Assembly (NCBI RefSeq): GCF_001465295.1
Contig: NZ_CP011034.1
Span: 1,500,001-1,532,000 of the forward strand
DNA length: 32,000 bases
Reading direction: 5' to 3'
Source of the DNA: Pseudoalteromonas translucida KMM 520
Lineage (GTDB): Bacteria; Pseudomonadota; Gammaproteobacteria; Enterobacterales; Alteromonadaceae
Shown: positions 1-9,025 of the stretch, one piece after another
How positions within the stretch are numbered: the first letter of the stretch is position 1
Layout: each line of letters starts with the position of its first letter
Program-made: the position numbers and the translations under genes
Notes under the pieces: model-generated
Seen by the model: only the letters and a program-made list of their open reading frames with translations
The model's database searches: none
What the model was told of the DNA's origin: nothing

Positions 1-1703
1 TATTTGCTGGGTTTGAAGCTATGTTTGCCACCTTTTTAAATATAACCTTGGGCGCACAAAGCCGCTTTGAACAGCGACAATATCACGAGGTACAAAGTGC
101 TATGCGCGAGCGTTTACAAGTGTATGAGCGCCAAGTTAAAAGTGTAAGTGAAGCGGTAAAGGTTATTGCCTACGCGGAGTTAAGCTGTCCACAGACCTGG
201 CAATTAGCTAAAAATATTTATGGCGATATGGTAAAAAACCATGAAAACGAGCCAATAGCGCATACTTTTTTTAATTCTACCTTTGGTGCCATTTGGGACG
301 ATAAAAAAATACGTACTGTGCATTTATTTGTATTAAAAGCTAAATATCGTACCCAACCACGACCATACGACAGCTTAGTTAAACGTATTTCATTACAGCA
401 TGGCTTTAATAGCGCAATAAAAACGCTGATCACTAATCAGGTATTTAGAGTGCCATTTAGTAACTTAAACCAAGATGTTGCCACCTTACAAGCTACTTTA
501 ACGCAAGGTGCTAAGCAGCAATGCCGACAAGTCTATGAGTTAATAAATTTAAACGACGGCTATATAGAATACGCATATTCACATTTTTATAGAAACAAAG
601 CCTGTTACTTAATAGGCCGATGCATTGCTAAAAATGGCGGTAATATGCCCTTTGCTATTGCCATTTTAAATACCCCTAACGGGCTTAAAATTGATGCGGT
701 AATGATGGGCGCCGATCAGCTAAGTTTACTATTTGGTTTTGCGCGCACGTATTTTATGGTCGATACCGACCAACCTGCGCGTTATGTAGATTACTTAAGT
801 GTACTTATGCCGCATAAACAGCGCTTTGAGCTATTTAATGCGATTGGCTTTATAAAACATGCCAAAACAGAGTTTTATCGTTATAAAGTAGATACCACTA
901 AAAATAGCTCCGCGAGTTTTAAATATGTAGCTGCGCCAGGTACGCCGGGCATGGTAATGCTAGTGTTTACTATTGCTGGCTCCGACCATGTTTATAAAGT
1001 GATTAAAGATAAATTTAGCGCGCCAAAAACCGCCACTAAAGCGCAAGTAAAAGAAAAATACAACTTTGTAAAACAAGCCGATAGAGTAGGGCGACTGGTG
1101 GATACGCATGAGTTTAGGTATTTAGCATTTGATTTAAGCCGCTTTAGCGAGCAGTTACTGCAACAAATGAAAGAGAACATTGGGTCTAGTTTAATTATTT
1201 CGGGCAAGGCGCTTATTTTAAAACATGTTTATGTTGAGCGAAAAATGACGCCGCTTAATTTATACATAAATGATTGCGACAGCAAAGCACTTGCACAAGT
1301 GATGCTAGATTACGGTAGAGCAATTAAAGACTTAGCAGGTGCTAATATTTTCCCTGGCGATATGCTAATGAAAAACTTTGGTGTTACGCGCTGGGGGCGG
1401 GTGGTGTTTTATGATTATGACGAAATTTGCCCACTTACCGATTGCAACTTTAGAGAAGTGCCGCAAACGCAAAATGCGCTAGAAGAGCTAAGCTCAGACT
1501 CGTATTTTGACATAGAGCCAAATGATATTTTTCCGAGTCAATTTAAAGTGTTTTTTAGTGCTAATGAATTGGCATTTAATGCTTTTAATAGTCATCACAG
1601 TGATTTATTTAACGCCCAGTTTTGGCAAACGTGCCAACAACAGGTACAACAAGGCTATTTACCCGACGTGTATCCATATAAACAAAGTTGGCGCTTTAAA
1701 TAA
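1..1703 (+). CDS. aceK: Isocitrate dehydrogenase kinase/phosphatase AceK, 5'-truncated by the window edge
   Basis: The reading frame is open from position 3 (FAGFEA precedes the track's Met at 21), so the true start lies upstream. Near-colinear with E. coli AceK, e.g. GAQ.RFEQ, FYRNKA.YL.G, FGFAR.YFMV, HAKTE.YR, GMVMLVFT, KVIKD.F, NIFPGDML.KNFGVTR.GRVVFYDYDEI. Confidence 0.93.
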   Translation, partial: FAGFEAMFATFLNITLGAQSRFEQRQYHEVQSAMRERLQVYERQVKSVSEAVKVIAYAELSCPQTWQLAKNIYGDMVKNHENEPIAHTFFNSTFGAIWDDKKIRTVHLFVLKAKYRTQPRPYDSLVKRISLQHGFNSAIKTLITNQVFRVPFSNLNQDVATLQATLTQGAKQQCRQVYELINLNDGYIEYAYSHFYRNKACYLIGRCIAKNGGNMPFAIAILNTPNGLKIDAVMMGADQLSLLFGFARTYFMVDTDQPARYVDYLSVLMPHKQRFELFNAIGFIKHAKTEFYRYKVDTTKNSSASFKYVAAPGTPGMVMLVFTIAGSDHVYKVIKDKFSAPKTATKAQVKEKYNFVKQADRVGRLVDTHEFRYLAFDLSRFSEQLLQQMKENIGSSLIISGKALILKHVYVERKMTPLNLYINDCDSKALAQVMLDYGRAIKDLAGANIFPGDMLMKNFGVTRWGRVVFYDYDEICPLTDCNFREVPQTQNALEELSSDSYFDIEPNDIFPSQFKVFFSANELAFNAFNSHHSDLFNAQFWQTCQQQVQQGYLPDVYPYKQSWRFK

Positions 1704-1792
1704 GGTGTGTTGATCCCCATATATAAATTACATTAATTTAGTTATGCAACGTTTAGTATTAGCGTTTAGTTATATAAAGCTTAGGAGTGGCA

Positions 1793-2755
1793 ATGAAATA
1801 CATTTCTCATGAAGATGGCATACTTGCATTTAATGAAACCAATAAACCGGTTTTAAAGAGCCATGAAGTACTGGTAAAAGTAGCCGCCATTGGTGTAAAT
1901 CGCGCCGATTGTATGCAACGCCAAGGTAAGTATCCGGCGCCAAAAGACGACAGCCAAATATTAGGATTAGAGTGTGCAGGCACCGTTTGCGATATTGGTG
2001 GTAAAGTTGACAAAATTTGGCTAAATAAACGCGTTTTTGCTTTATGTGCTGGTGGTGCTTACAGTGAATATGTTGCGGTTGATGCCAAACAGCTAATGGA
2101 ATTACCTGATGATGTATCTATGAGAGAGGGCGCTGCAATAAGTGAAGTATATTTAACAGCATTTAGTGCTTTGTTTGAATTAGGTAAATTACAAGCTGGG
2201 CAAACGGCGTTAATTCATGCAGGTGCAAGTGGTGTGGGTGGTGCTGCAATCCAAATGGCTAAAAGTGCAGGAGCAACCGTGGTTATAACCGCAGGTTCAG
2301 ATGAAAAATGTGCACATGCCAAAGCACTGGGTGCCGATCATGCAATAAACTATAAAACCACTGATTTTGTAGAATATATGAAGGCTAATAACCTAACGGC
2401 TAACACAATTGTAGATCCTGTTTCGGGTAGTTATTTAAACAAAAATGCGGCTGTTGCGGCTATGGATTGCCAAATTGTAATGCTGGCATTTTTAGATGGT
2501 CGCTTTGCTGAAGTTGATTTTGCCCGTTTACTGCAAAAACGTATCTCGTTTCATGCATCAACACTTAGAAACCGTAGTATAGAGTTTAAACGCGCATTAA
2601 GAGATGATTTTGTAGCGCGTTTTTATAGCGATATTGCAAGTAAAAGCTACGATTTTAATTTATATAAAGTGCTACCTTGGAGCCAAGCAAGTGAGGCTCA
2701 TGCTATTTTAGAGCGTAATGAAAACGCCGGTAAAGTAGTGCTAAGTGTAGAATAA
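1793..2755 (+). CDS. NAD(P)H:quinone oxidoreductase, MDR / zinc-ADH superfamily (Qor/PIG3-like)
   Basis: About 320 aa. Has the Rossmann motif HAGASGVGGAAIQ, N-terminal VKV.A.GVNR.D...RQG.YP and the C-terminal NAGKVVL typical of quinone oxidoreductases. AGGAG at 1783-1787 lies 5 nt before ATG 1793, so the track's GTG at 1787 is less likely to be the start. Confidence 0.85.
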   Translation: MKYISHEDGILAFNETNKPVLKSHEVLVKVAAIGVNRADCMQRQGKYPAPKDDSQILGLECAGTVCDIGGKVDKIWLNKRVFALCAGGAYSEYVAVDAKQLMELPDDVSMREGAAISEVYLTAFSALFELGKLQAGQTALIHAGASGVGGAAIQMAKSAGATVVITAGSDEKCAHAKALGADHAINYKTTDFVEYMKANNLTANTIVDPVSGSYLNKNAAVAAMDCQIVMLAFLDGRFAEVDFARLLQKRISFHASTLRNRSIEFKRALRDDFVARFYSDIASKSYDFNLYKVLPWSQASEAHAILERNENAGKVVLSVE

Positions 2756-2838
2756 GCAAGTACGTGTAATGTATAGGCATTGTTTATGTCTTTGGTAGTC
2801 AATATAATTTAGTTATAACACACAGAATAAGGTTAATA

Positions 2839-3090
2839 ATGAATCCAATTATCGCCACTTTAAAAGAGCATAATGTTAGCGACGAGCAAATAGCCGAGCT
2901 ATTTGAAGCATTAACGCAAAACCCAATGATGGCAATGGCCATGGTGCAACAACTTGGTATACCACCTGAAAAACTACAGCAACTAATGGCAGTAGTGATG
3001 ACTCAACCGCACTTAATTAAAGAAGCGACAGACGAGTTAGGTTTAGATTTTTCGAAAGTACAAGCCGCAAAAGATAAGTTAAATCAGTAA
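2839..3090 (+). CDS. Small conserved hypothetical protein (83 aa, helical, Met/Gln-rich; possibly DUF2999-like)
   Basis: Clean ORF with AAGG-type RBS (ataaggttaataATG), followed by a strong hairpin at 3107-3132. The DUF2999 resemblance is from memory only. Confidence 0.55.
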   Translation: MNPIIATLKEHNVSDEQIAELFEALTQNPMMAMAMVQQLGIPPEKLQQLMAVVMTQPHLIKEATDELGLDFSKVQAAKDKLNQ

Positions 3091-3106
3091 TCCCTCCGCA
3101 CTTTTA

Positions 3107-3132
3107 ACCAAGGTATAACCTTATACCTTGGT
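3107..3132 (+). terminator. Perfect 12-bp-arm palindrome after the 83-aa gene (ACCAAGGTATAA-CC-TTATACCTTGGT)
   Basis: Read directly from the sequence. The downstream tract is only weakly T-rich (ACTTTAG), so it is either a weak intrinsic terminator or a protein-binding palindrome. Confidence 0.4.
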
Positions 3133-3231
3133 ACTTTAGCTCACCTTAAACATGTTTTGTTACATTAGCAATTGAACTGCTATTGATTTTTAGCGTCTTA
3201 GTTTTAGTCGATAAAATAGTGGTAATATTGT

Positions 3232-3882
3232 ATGAAAACACTGATTAAGTTTTGGAAAAATAACCGTTCATTAATCATATTTATTGCGTTAATGAGCGTA
3301 TTTAGAAGTGCAGTTGCCGATTGGTACGAAGTACCTACAGGCTCTATGCGGCCCACTATTGAAGTAGGCGACAGAGTTTTAACAAATAAAATGGCTTACG
3401 ATTTACGCTTACCCTTTACGCATATACCACTAATGAAGTTAGACGACCCACAAGCAGGTGATATCATAGTATTTGATTCAAAAAAAGCTGATAACCGCTT
3501 AATAAAGCGGGTAATAGGCGTACCTGGCGATACTGTGTCGCTTGAGCATAATGAGCTTATTATTAATGGTAAAAAACTTAACTATGCTAGTTTGCACAGT
3601 AATTTGGGCTCACTTGATAAAATTGAAAATTTAAACGGTCATAAACACTCAATAAGAGTAGCCAATAGAGCGTCGCGATTAGCTGGGTTTGATAAAATCA
3701 CAATCCCGAATAATTACTATTTAGCCATGGGGGATAACCGCGATAAGAGTGCCGACTCTCGTGTAATTGGCTTGATCCCGCGTAGCGAAATGCTAGGTAA
3801 AGCAGAGCGAGTAATAGTATCGCTTGATTACGATAACTACTATTTACCGCGAACAGATAGATTATTAAAAGTGCTCGAATAA
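3232..3882 (+). CDS. Signal peptidase I, short (216 aa) paralog
   Basis: N-terminal TM segment. Catalytic Ser box GSMRPT, box C GDIIVF, Lys box IKRVIGVPGD and box E YYLAMGDNRDKSADSR are all present. Confidence 0.85.
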   Translation: MKTLIKFWKNNRSLIIFIALMSVFRSAVADWYEVPTGSMRPTIEVGDRVLTNKMAYDLRLPFTHIPLMKLDDPQAGDIIVFDSKKADNRLIKRVIGVPGDTVSLEHNELIINGKKLNYASLHSNLGSLDKIENLNGHKHSIRVANRASRLAGFDKITIPNNYYLAMGDNRDKSADSRVIGLIPRSEMLGKAERVIVSLDYDNYYLPRTDRLLKVLE

Positions 3883-3909
3883 GCTTGTTTAATATTTAAG
3901 GAATTATAA

Positions 3910-4407
3910 ATGGAAGATGTATTAGTTTTGCATGAATCAGATCTGCAACACTTAAATCGCAGCGTTGAGCTGGCATTAGAAGCACTTGAAGCTGGGGATG
4001 AGCCATTTGGCTCAGTATTGGTAGATGCTGATGGAGTTGTGCGTTTTGAGGACCGTAATCGGGTTGCTGGAGGCGATCACACGCGTCACCCTGAGTTTGA
4101 AATTGCCCGTTGGGCGGCAAATAACATGAGCGTAGAGCAAAGAGCTGCTGCAACTGTTTATACCTCCGGCGAGCATTGCCCTATGTGCGCTGCCGCTCAT
4201 GGTTGGGTAGGCTTAGGGCGAATTGTTTATGTGAGTTCTGCAGCGCAATTAGCCACTTGGTTAGCCGATTTAGGTGTGCCAGCTTCTCCCGTTAAAGCAT
4301 TGTCTATTTTAGATGTGGTGCCTAATTTAGTAACGCAAGGACCCGTAAGTGGACTTGATGAGCAAGTACATGACCTACATCGTCGTTTTCGTACAAAAAA
4401 CAGTTAA
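3910..4407 (+). CDS. Nucleoside / CMP-dCMP-type zinc deaminase family protein
   Basis: Has the zinc-deaminase motifs H-P-E (DHTRHPEFE) and C-P-M-C (GEHCPMCAAA) at the expected spacing. About 165 aa, typical of TadA/guanine-deaminase-like proteins. Markedly GC-richer than its neighbours. Confidence 0.8.
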   Translation: MEDVLVLHESDLQHLNRSVELALEALEAGDEPFGSVLVDADGVVRFEDRNRVAGGDHTRHPEFEIARWAANNMSVEQRAAATVYTSGEHCPMCAAAHGWVGLGRIVYVSSAAQLATWLADLGVPASPVKALSILDVVPNLVTQGPVSGLDEQVHDLHRRFRTKNS

Positions 4408-4498
4408 AATATAAAGTGACTCAACTAAACTAAATTAATAACAACGACGTAGACTGAACGTTCCGTTTAGTGCGTCTCTTCAAAGCGCAGGCGCAGAT

Positions 4499-4915
4499 AT
4501 GACCATAGTTGCTAAGCAACCTCCTATATTACTGTTCGATGGCGTATGCAATTTATGCACAGGGTCGGTACGCTTTGTGATTGAACATGATGCTAATAAA
4601 AAGTTTCGCTTTGCGTCATTGCAGTCAGCGGTGGCAAAAAGCTTACTCAAGCAGCGGGGAAGTGAAGTGACAAGCAAGTTGGGCTCTGTGGTGCTTATTG
4701 ACGATAGTGGTATTTGGTTTAAGTCAACAGCGGCACTTCGTACTGCTGGGCAGTTATCGGGTTTGTGGCCGTTGTTGCAAGTGTTACTTATAATACCTCA
4801 GCCATTACGAGATTGGGGCTATGACTTTATTGGTGCTAGACGTTATAAATGGTTTGGGCGTACAAATGCCTGTTGGTTGCCAGCAGAGGATATAAGTGAT
4901 CGCTTTTTAGATTAA
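4499..4915 (+). CDS. Thiol-disulfide oxidoreductase, DCC family (DUF393)
   Basis: N-terminal signature LLFDGVCNLCTGSVRFV (the DxxCxxC 'DCC' motif). About 138 aa, typical for the family. Confidence 0.8.
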   Translation: MTIVAKQPPILLFDGVCNLCTGSVRFVIEHDANKKFRFASLQSAVAKSLLKQRGSEVTSKLGSVVLIDDSGIWFKSTAALRTAGQLSGLWPLLQVLLIIPQPLRDWGYDFIGARRYKWFGRTNACWLPAEDISDRFLD

Positions 4916-4967
4916 ATTTATAAATAGATTTTTAACTTTAATACGTAAATGCTAAGGGGAATTGCTC

Positions 4968-5492
4968 ATGATTGTAAGAATATTTGATAAGCTAACCTTT
5001 GCCGTTGCATTAATTATAGCGTTGCAAGTACCGCAACTTACGGATCATTATCAGCAACATTTAGCAGGCTTGTACCAAGCCACAAAATGGCAAGTTGATG
5101 GCTATAAAGCCACCGCTAAAATGCACGCGTTTCCGAGTGTTAAAGCAATGATTGATAGGCACCTACGCAATAGCGAGCCAAGTGTTAAAACTGATGCACA
5201 ACAAAAGCTGTTAACTCTTGATTTATTTGCAGATTTAGAAGGTGGTATGGCTATATTTAAACAGGGTAACTTTTTTGAAAAACTAATTTATATGTTTACT
5301 CCTACCCGTTTTGATACATTAAAAAACACTATTAATAACTTTAAATTAGGCATACCGCTTACTTTTACCGGCATTGCGTTTGGCCTAGTATTTGGTTTTT
5401 TATTAAATCAATTAATTATGCTACCTTTTACAATTTACTCGGTTAAAAAAAGGGCAACTAAAGTTAGCACTATCGAGAAACCAGCCCAATAA
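4968..5492 (+). CDS. DUF2937-like membrane protein
   Basis: N-terminal and C-terminal hydrophobic helices. N-terminal pattern L.F.....I.LQ.PQL.D.Y.Q.L.G as I recall for DUF2937. AAGGGGA at 4954-4960 favours ATG 4968 over the track's TTG 4962. Confidence 0.6.
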   Translation: MIVRIFDKLTFAVALIIALQVPQLTDHYQQHLAGLYQATKWQVDGYKATAKMHAFPSVKAMIDRHLRNSEPSVKTDAQQKLLTLDLFADLEGGMAIFKQGNFFEKLIYMFTPTRFDTLKNTINNFKLGIPLTFTGIAFGLVFGFLLNQLIMLPFTIYSVKKRATKVSTIEKPAQ

Positions 5493-5555
5493 TAGTATAA
5501 TCATTTAAATCACCTATATAACTAGGCTCACATATTATGAGAACTGATAGTATTT

Positions 5556-7154
5556 ATGCGATATTTTCCGGCAATTTCCCTTTGTTTATTTATGGTTATA
5601 AGCATGCTTTTTGGCTGCGCTAGTTATCCTAAGGTTCAAGCCGAACCTAGCAATGCATTTAGCAAAACGCAAAATACTAGCTTAGCTAAAGGCATTGCAT
5701 TAGAGGCAAGTAAACACCCTGAGAGTTCGGGGTTTTATCTACTTGGTGATGGCCTAGATGCATTTGCAACTAGGCTGTTATTAATAGAAAAAGCCGAAAT
5801 GTCTATTGATGTGCAGTACTATCTATTTCATAACGATACTACGGCCAAAATATTCACCCATTACTTACTTCGTGCAGCCGACAGAGGCGTGCGGGTACGC
5901 ATGTTACTAGATGACTTTGGCCACGAAAGCCAAGATACTTTATTTAGTGCGTTGGTGCAGCATCCTAATGTGTCAGTACGGTTATTTAATCCGTTTTCAA
6001 ATCGTACTTTACCTTATGTTGATTTTTTAACTAATTTTAAACAGATCAATAGGCGCATGCACAACAAGTCTTTTATTGTTGATAATCAGGCAGCTATTAT
6101 TGGTGGCCGTAATATTGGAGATACTTATTTTTCTGCTAATATTTACACAAATTTTTCTGATTTAGATGTACTTGGCGTGGGAGAATTTGCAGCACGAGTG
6201 GCCACTGCATTTGATTTATATTGGAATCATTCACTCTCGGTAGCGATTAAATATATAGCGCCTGCATCGAGTGCCGCTAAACTAGAACAAGTACGAAAAC
6301 AACTCGCTAAAACATACACTAGTGAGCAAAGTATAGCTTATTTACGGCGTTTAGAGTCGCTGGATATTATTGATAATTTGCTACGCGGACAGCTAGCACT
6401 TTACTGGGCAAACTCTGAACTAGTATACGATCATCCTGATAAAATAATGAATGTGAGTGATGATAATACCGGTTATATGGCCCCAGCATTAAGTAACTTA
6501 CTAAATGATGCACACAGTGAAGCATTAATTGTTTCACCTTATTTTATTCCCGGTGATGCAGGCGTTGCAAGCTTAAAGCGTTGGATTAATACCGGTGCTA
6601 ATGTGACCATTTTAACTAATTCACTCTCGGCCAACGACGTACCCGTTGTGCACGCCGGCTATGCAAACTATCGTGAGCCACTTATAGAGGCGGGCGTTAA
6701 ATTATGGGAATTACGCGCTACAGTAAAACCTAAGCCTAAGAGTAAATCTAAAGATAAAGCAAAACATAAAAAAATCACCGATTTAGCTGGTTCATCAAAA
6801 GCGAGCTTACACGCCAAAACAATGATTTTTGATCGTAATACACTTTTTGTTGGCTCAATGAACTTAGATCCACGTTCAATTAATTTAAATACCGAAATAG
6901 GTGTTGTAATTTATAGTGACAAAATGGCAAGCACAGCAGCAGATATATTTTTAGAAGAGTTACCTCGCCATGCATGGCGGTTAGATGTCACTAAAACTGA
7001 AAATTGGTGGGGTTTTAATCACGACTTACTGTGGTTAGATGAATCAATTACACCCACTAAAGTGGTAAGTAAAAACGCTGAGCCAGAGGCCAGCACCTGG
7101 GTACGTTTTCAGGCTTGGTTATTTGGCTATCTGCCTGTGGAACACTTACTTTAA
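5556..7154 (+). CDS. Phospholipase D / cardiolipin-synthase-like family lipoprotein (two HKD motifs)
   Basis: Signal peptide with lipobox LFGC. HKD motif 1 is RMHNKSFIVDNQAAIIGGRNIGD and HKD motif 2 is SLHAKTMIFDRNTLFVGSMNLDPRS. Confidence 0.85.
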   Translation: MRYFPAISLCLFMVISMLFGCASYPKVQAEPSNAFSKTQNTSLAKGIALEASKHPESSGFYLLGDGLDAFATRLLLIEKAEMSIDVQYYLFHNDTTAKIFTHYLLRAADRGVRVRMLLDDFGHESQDTLFSALVQHPNVSVRLFNPFSNRTLPYVDFLTNFKQINRRMHNKSFIVDNQAAIIGGRNIGDTYFSANIYTNFSDLDVLGVGEFAARVATAFDLYWNHSLSVAIKYIAPASSAAKLEQVRKQLAKTYTSEQSIAYLRRLESLDIIDNLLRGQLALYWANSELVYDHPDKIMNVSDDNTGYMAPALSNLLNDAHSEALIVSPYFIPGDAGVASLKRWINTGANVTILTNSLSANDVPVVHAGYANYREPLIEAGVKLWELRATVKPKPKSKSKDKAKHKKITDLAGSSKASLHAKTMIFDRNTLFVGSMNLDPRSINLNTEIGVVIYSDKMASTAADIFLEELPRHAWRLDVTKTENWWGFNHDLLWLDESITPTKVVSKNAEPEASTWVRFQAWLFGYLPVEHLL

Positions 7155-7243
7155 TATGTGTTAAATAAGGCAGAGTAACCCCAATATTAATACTTAACCA
7201 GCACTCAGGGTAAGAGGTTTAACAGTTTGAATAATAATGGTAT

Positions 7244-7780
7244 TTAAGGGTGTTTTTTTACAACAAAAGCGCCTCGTATATCTCCCAAATTAAAACCAGT
7301 TGCTTTATCACTTGGATAAAGCTCAGTTAATTTATTTTTTACTTCAGGCTTTAATTCACTACCATGGCAGGCTAAGCAAGCTTGCCCAGTAGGAATTGCT
7401 TTAACTAAATACCAAGCATCGGCTTTTTGCTCTTGATGTTCAATATTTGCTACAGGTTCGCCATTTTCTTTACGCTGCTCAAAATCGAGCAGTATTGAAT
7501 TTAACCAGTCGTTAGCTTGGTTATTAGGATTACGCACTTTTAATGATGTACGACTAATTTCCCACTCCTTAGCACTGTGTTGTAGTGCAATAGACGGCGC
7601 ACTGATATTGCATACTTCAATTGCTGCAACAGGGCCTTTCGCTTTCATGGTACTTACTAAAACATTTTTTAAATCAGTTGAAAATGCTTTGACAGTGCTG
7701 CGAGCAAAGTATGCATCGTCGCTATTAGCTGATACGCTTGATGAAACAAACAAGCAGGTAAATAATAAAATAGAGCGCAT
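7244..7780 (-). CDS. Periplasmic c-type heme protein, DUF3365 (Tll0287-like) domain
   Basis: Cleavable signal peptide (MRSILLFTCLFVSSSVSA). Single CxxCH heme-c site (CLACHG) near the C-terminus. The overall pattern matches what I recall for DUF3365. AAGG RBS sits 8 nt upstream. Confidence 0.7.
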   Translation of the reverse strand: MRSILLFTCLFVSSSVSANSDDAYFARSTVKAFSTDLKNVLVSTMKAKGPVAAIEVCNISAPSIALQHSAKEWEISRTSLKVRNPNNQANDWLNSILLDFEQRKENGEPVANIEHQEQKADAWYLVKAIPTGQACLACHGSELKPEVKNKLTELYPSDKATGFNLGDIRGAFVVKKHP

Positions 7781-7960
7781 AATAAACCTTCATATATTAG
7801 AGTGTTCTAATGTAAAGCTGTGCAATAATTTGTTCAAGCGTTTTTATCGCTAATCATCCGAAGCTCAGGTTAATTAAAGTACTGTATAAATTATAGCTGT
7901 AAAGAGCTTAACTAAATGACGGTAAACCCAAAATATAAATTACATAAAAGGTAGCTAATA

Positions 7961-8143
7961 ATGACAATTAAAAATGATGACAGCGCTGAATATGCATTAT
8001 CGCAGCAAAGTAGGGCGCTTGACGATCCGCTAGAAGCAATTAAAAACATGCGTTTAGAGCAGTTGGCCGTATGTAAGCTAAAAGCCGATAAAGAGATGCA
8101 AACTATGAAAGCAGAATCTACCCCTGACAAAAATAAACAATAA
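7961..8143 (+). CDS. Small hydrophilic hypothetical protein (60 aa)
   Basis: ORF only. Weak RBS (aaaaggtagctaataATG). Lies 28 nt upstream of the co-oriented membrane protein gene. No recognisable motif. Confidence 0.35.
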   Translation: MTIKNDDSAEYALSQQSRALDDPLEAIKNMRLEQLAVCKLKADKEMQTMKAESTPDKNKQ

Positions 8144-8171
8144 CGTAAAGCAGCTTACTGGAGTTGTTTTT

Positions 8172-8960
8172 ATGAATAAACATATTACGCTTTCGTTTTT
8201 AGCTTGGTTAGCGGCTATTTTTGTAGGGGCTGCGGGTATATATGGTTTATGGCCTTCACCACAGAGTAAATTGCTTTTAGCTATTGAAATAATAACCTTA
8301 ATTATTTTGTTATTTAATAGCGCCAGTATTACCCGCTGGGTATATAAACACACGAAAAACAAACAACAACGTTATATTGCCCTATTATGCATGGCCTCCT
8401 TAGTATTATGCATTTGTGGAGACGTGGTAAACTTTAATTTAAGCAATCAATATTACCGTTATAACGAGGTAATTAAGCACGACTATTTAGCTGACTCTGT
8501 GTGGTTTTTTGTACCCGGATACAGCTTACTCTTTATTGCTGTACTACTGGCGAGCCGTAGTTTAGTTATGTATCCATTGTATTATGTGGTTGCTTATTTA
8601 GGGGGCACGCTATTAATATCGCTGCTTTGTTTTTACTTTATGTATATTCCTGAGGCTGGTTATTATGTACTGCTATTAACTGGGGTTCATAGTTTTGTTA
8701 TAACCAGTGTGGGATTAATGAGTTTAGTACTGCTTAATACATATCGCAGGTTAAACGCGCCTTTGGGAGTATGGCTGGTTAGTTTAGGGTTAGTATTAGC
8801 GGCAATTGCCGATGCATTAATTGGTTTATATTGGATTTATGGTAATAGTGGTGAAGGGTACTTTCCGCAAATTAGGTATATTAATTGGGTAATTTATATT
8901 AGCTCGCAATGCTTAGTTATTCATTTAGCTAAAATAAATATAACCTATAAATTAGGTTAA
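8172..8960 (+). CDS. Polytopic inner-membrane protein, unassigned family (about 8 predicted TM helices)
   Basis: Strongly hydrophobic throughout. GGAG lies 9 nt upstream of the ATG. Followed by a bidirectional terminator. A GD...AD..L pattern faintly recalls YhhN-type proteins, but I cannot support that assignment. Confidence 0.65.
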   Translation: MNKHITLSFLAWLAAIFVGAAGIYGLWPSPQSKLLLAIEIITLIILLFNSASITRWVYKHTKNKQQRYIALLCMASLVLCICGDVVNFNLSNQYYRYNEVIKHDYLADSVWFFVPGYSLLFIAVLLASRSLVMYPLYYVVAYLGGTLLISLLCFYFMYIPEAGYYVLLLTGVHSFVITSVGLMSLVLLNTYRRLNAPLGVWLVSLGLVLAAIADALIGLYWIYGNSGEGYFPQIRYINWVIYISSQCLVIHLAKINITYKLG

Positions 8961-8974
8961 TAATTTACTTACAA

Positions 8975-9003
8975 AAAAGCCGCTAATAAATTCAGCGGCT
9001 TTT
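8975..9003. terminator. Bidirectional intrinsic terminator between convergent genes (membrane protein / metG)
   Basis: AAAAGCCGCT (8975-8984), 9-nt loop, AGCGGCTTTT (8994-9003). GC-rich stem flanked by an A-run and a T-run. Confidence 0.75.
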
Positions 9004-9025
9004 AATATATAAGAAAGCTTACATT

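Noticed and set aside
218-2013. Track ORFs 218-433(-), 992-1207(-), 1522-1713(+) and 1807-2013(-)
   Set aside because: They lie entirely inside, and antisense or out of frame to, the well-supported aceK and quinone-oxidoreductase genes. They have no RBS or recognisable motifs.
3896-4677. Track ORFs 3896-4153(-), 4012-4200(-) and 4480-4677(-)
   Set aside because: They are antisense to the deaminase and DCC genes. Long antisense ORFs are expected here because the region is locally GC-rich, and their products are low-complexity with no motifs.
7608-8362. Track ORFs 7608-7853(+), 7912-8130(-) and 8078-8362(-)
   Set aside because: They overlap the cytochrome gene, the 60-aa ORF or the membrane-protein gene on the opposite strand. 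AT-rich shadow ORFs with no RBS.
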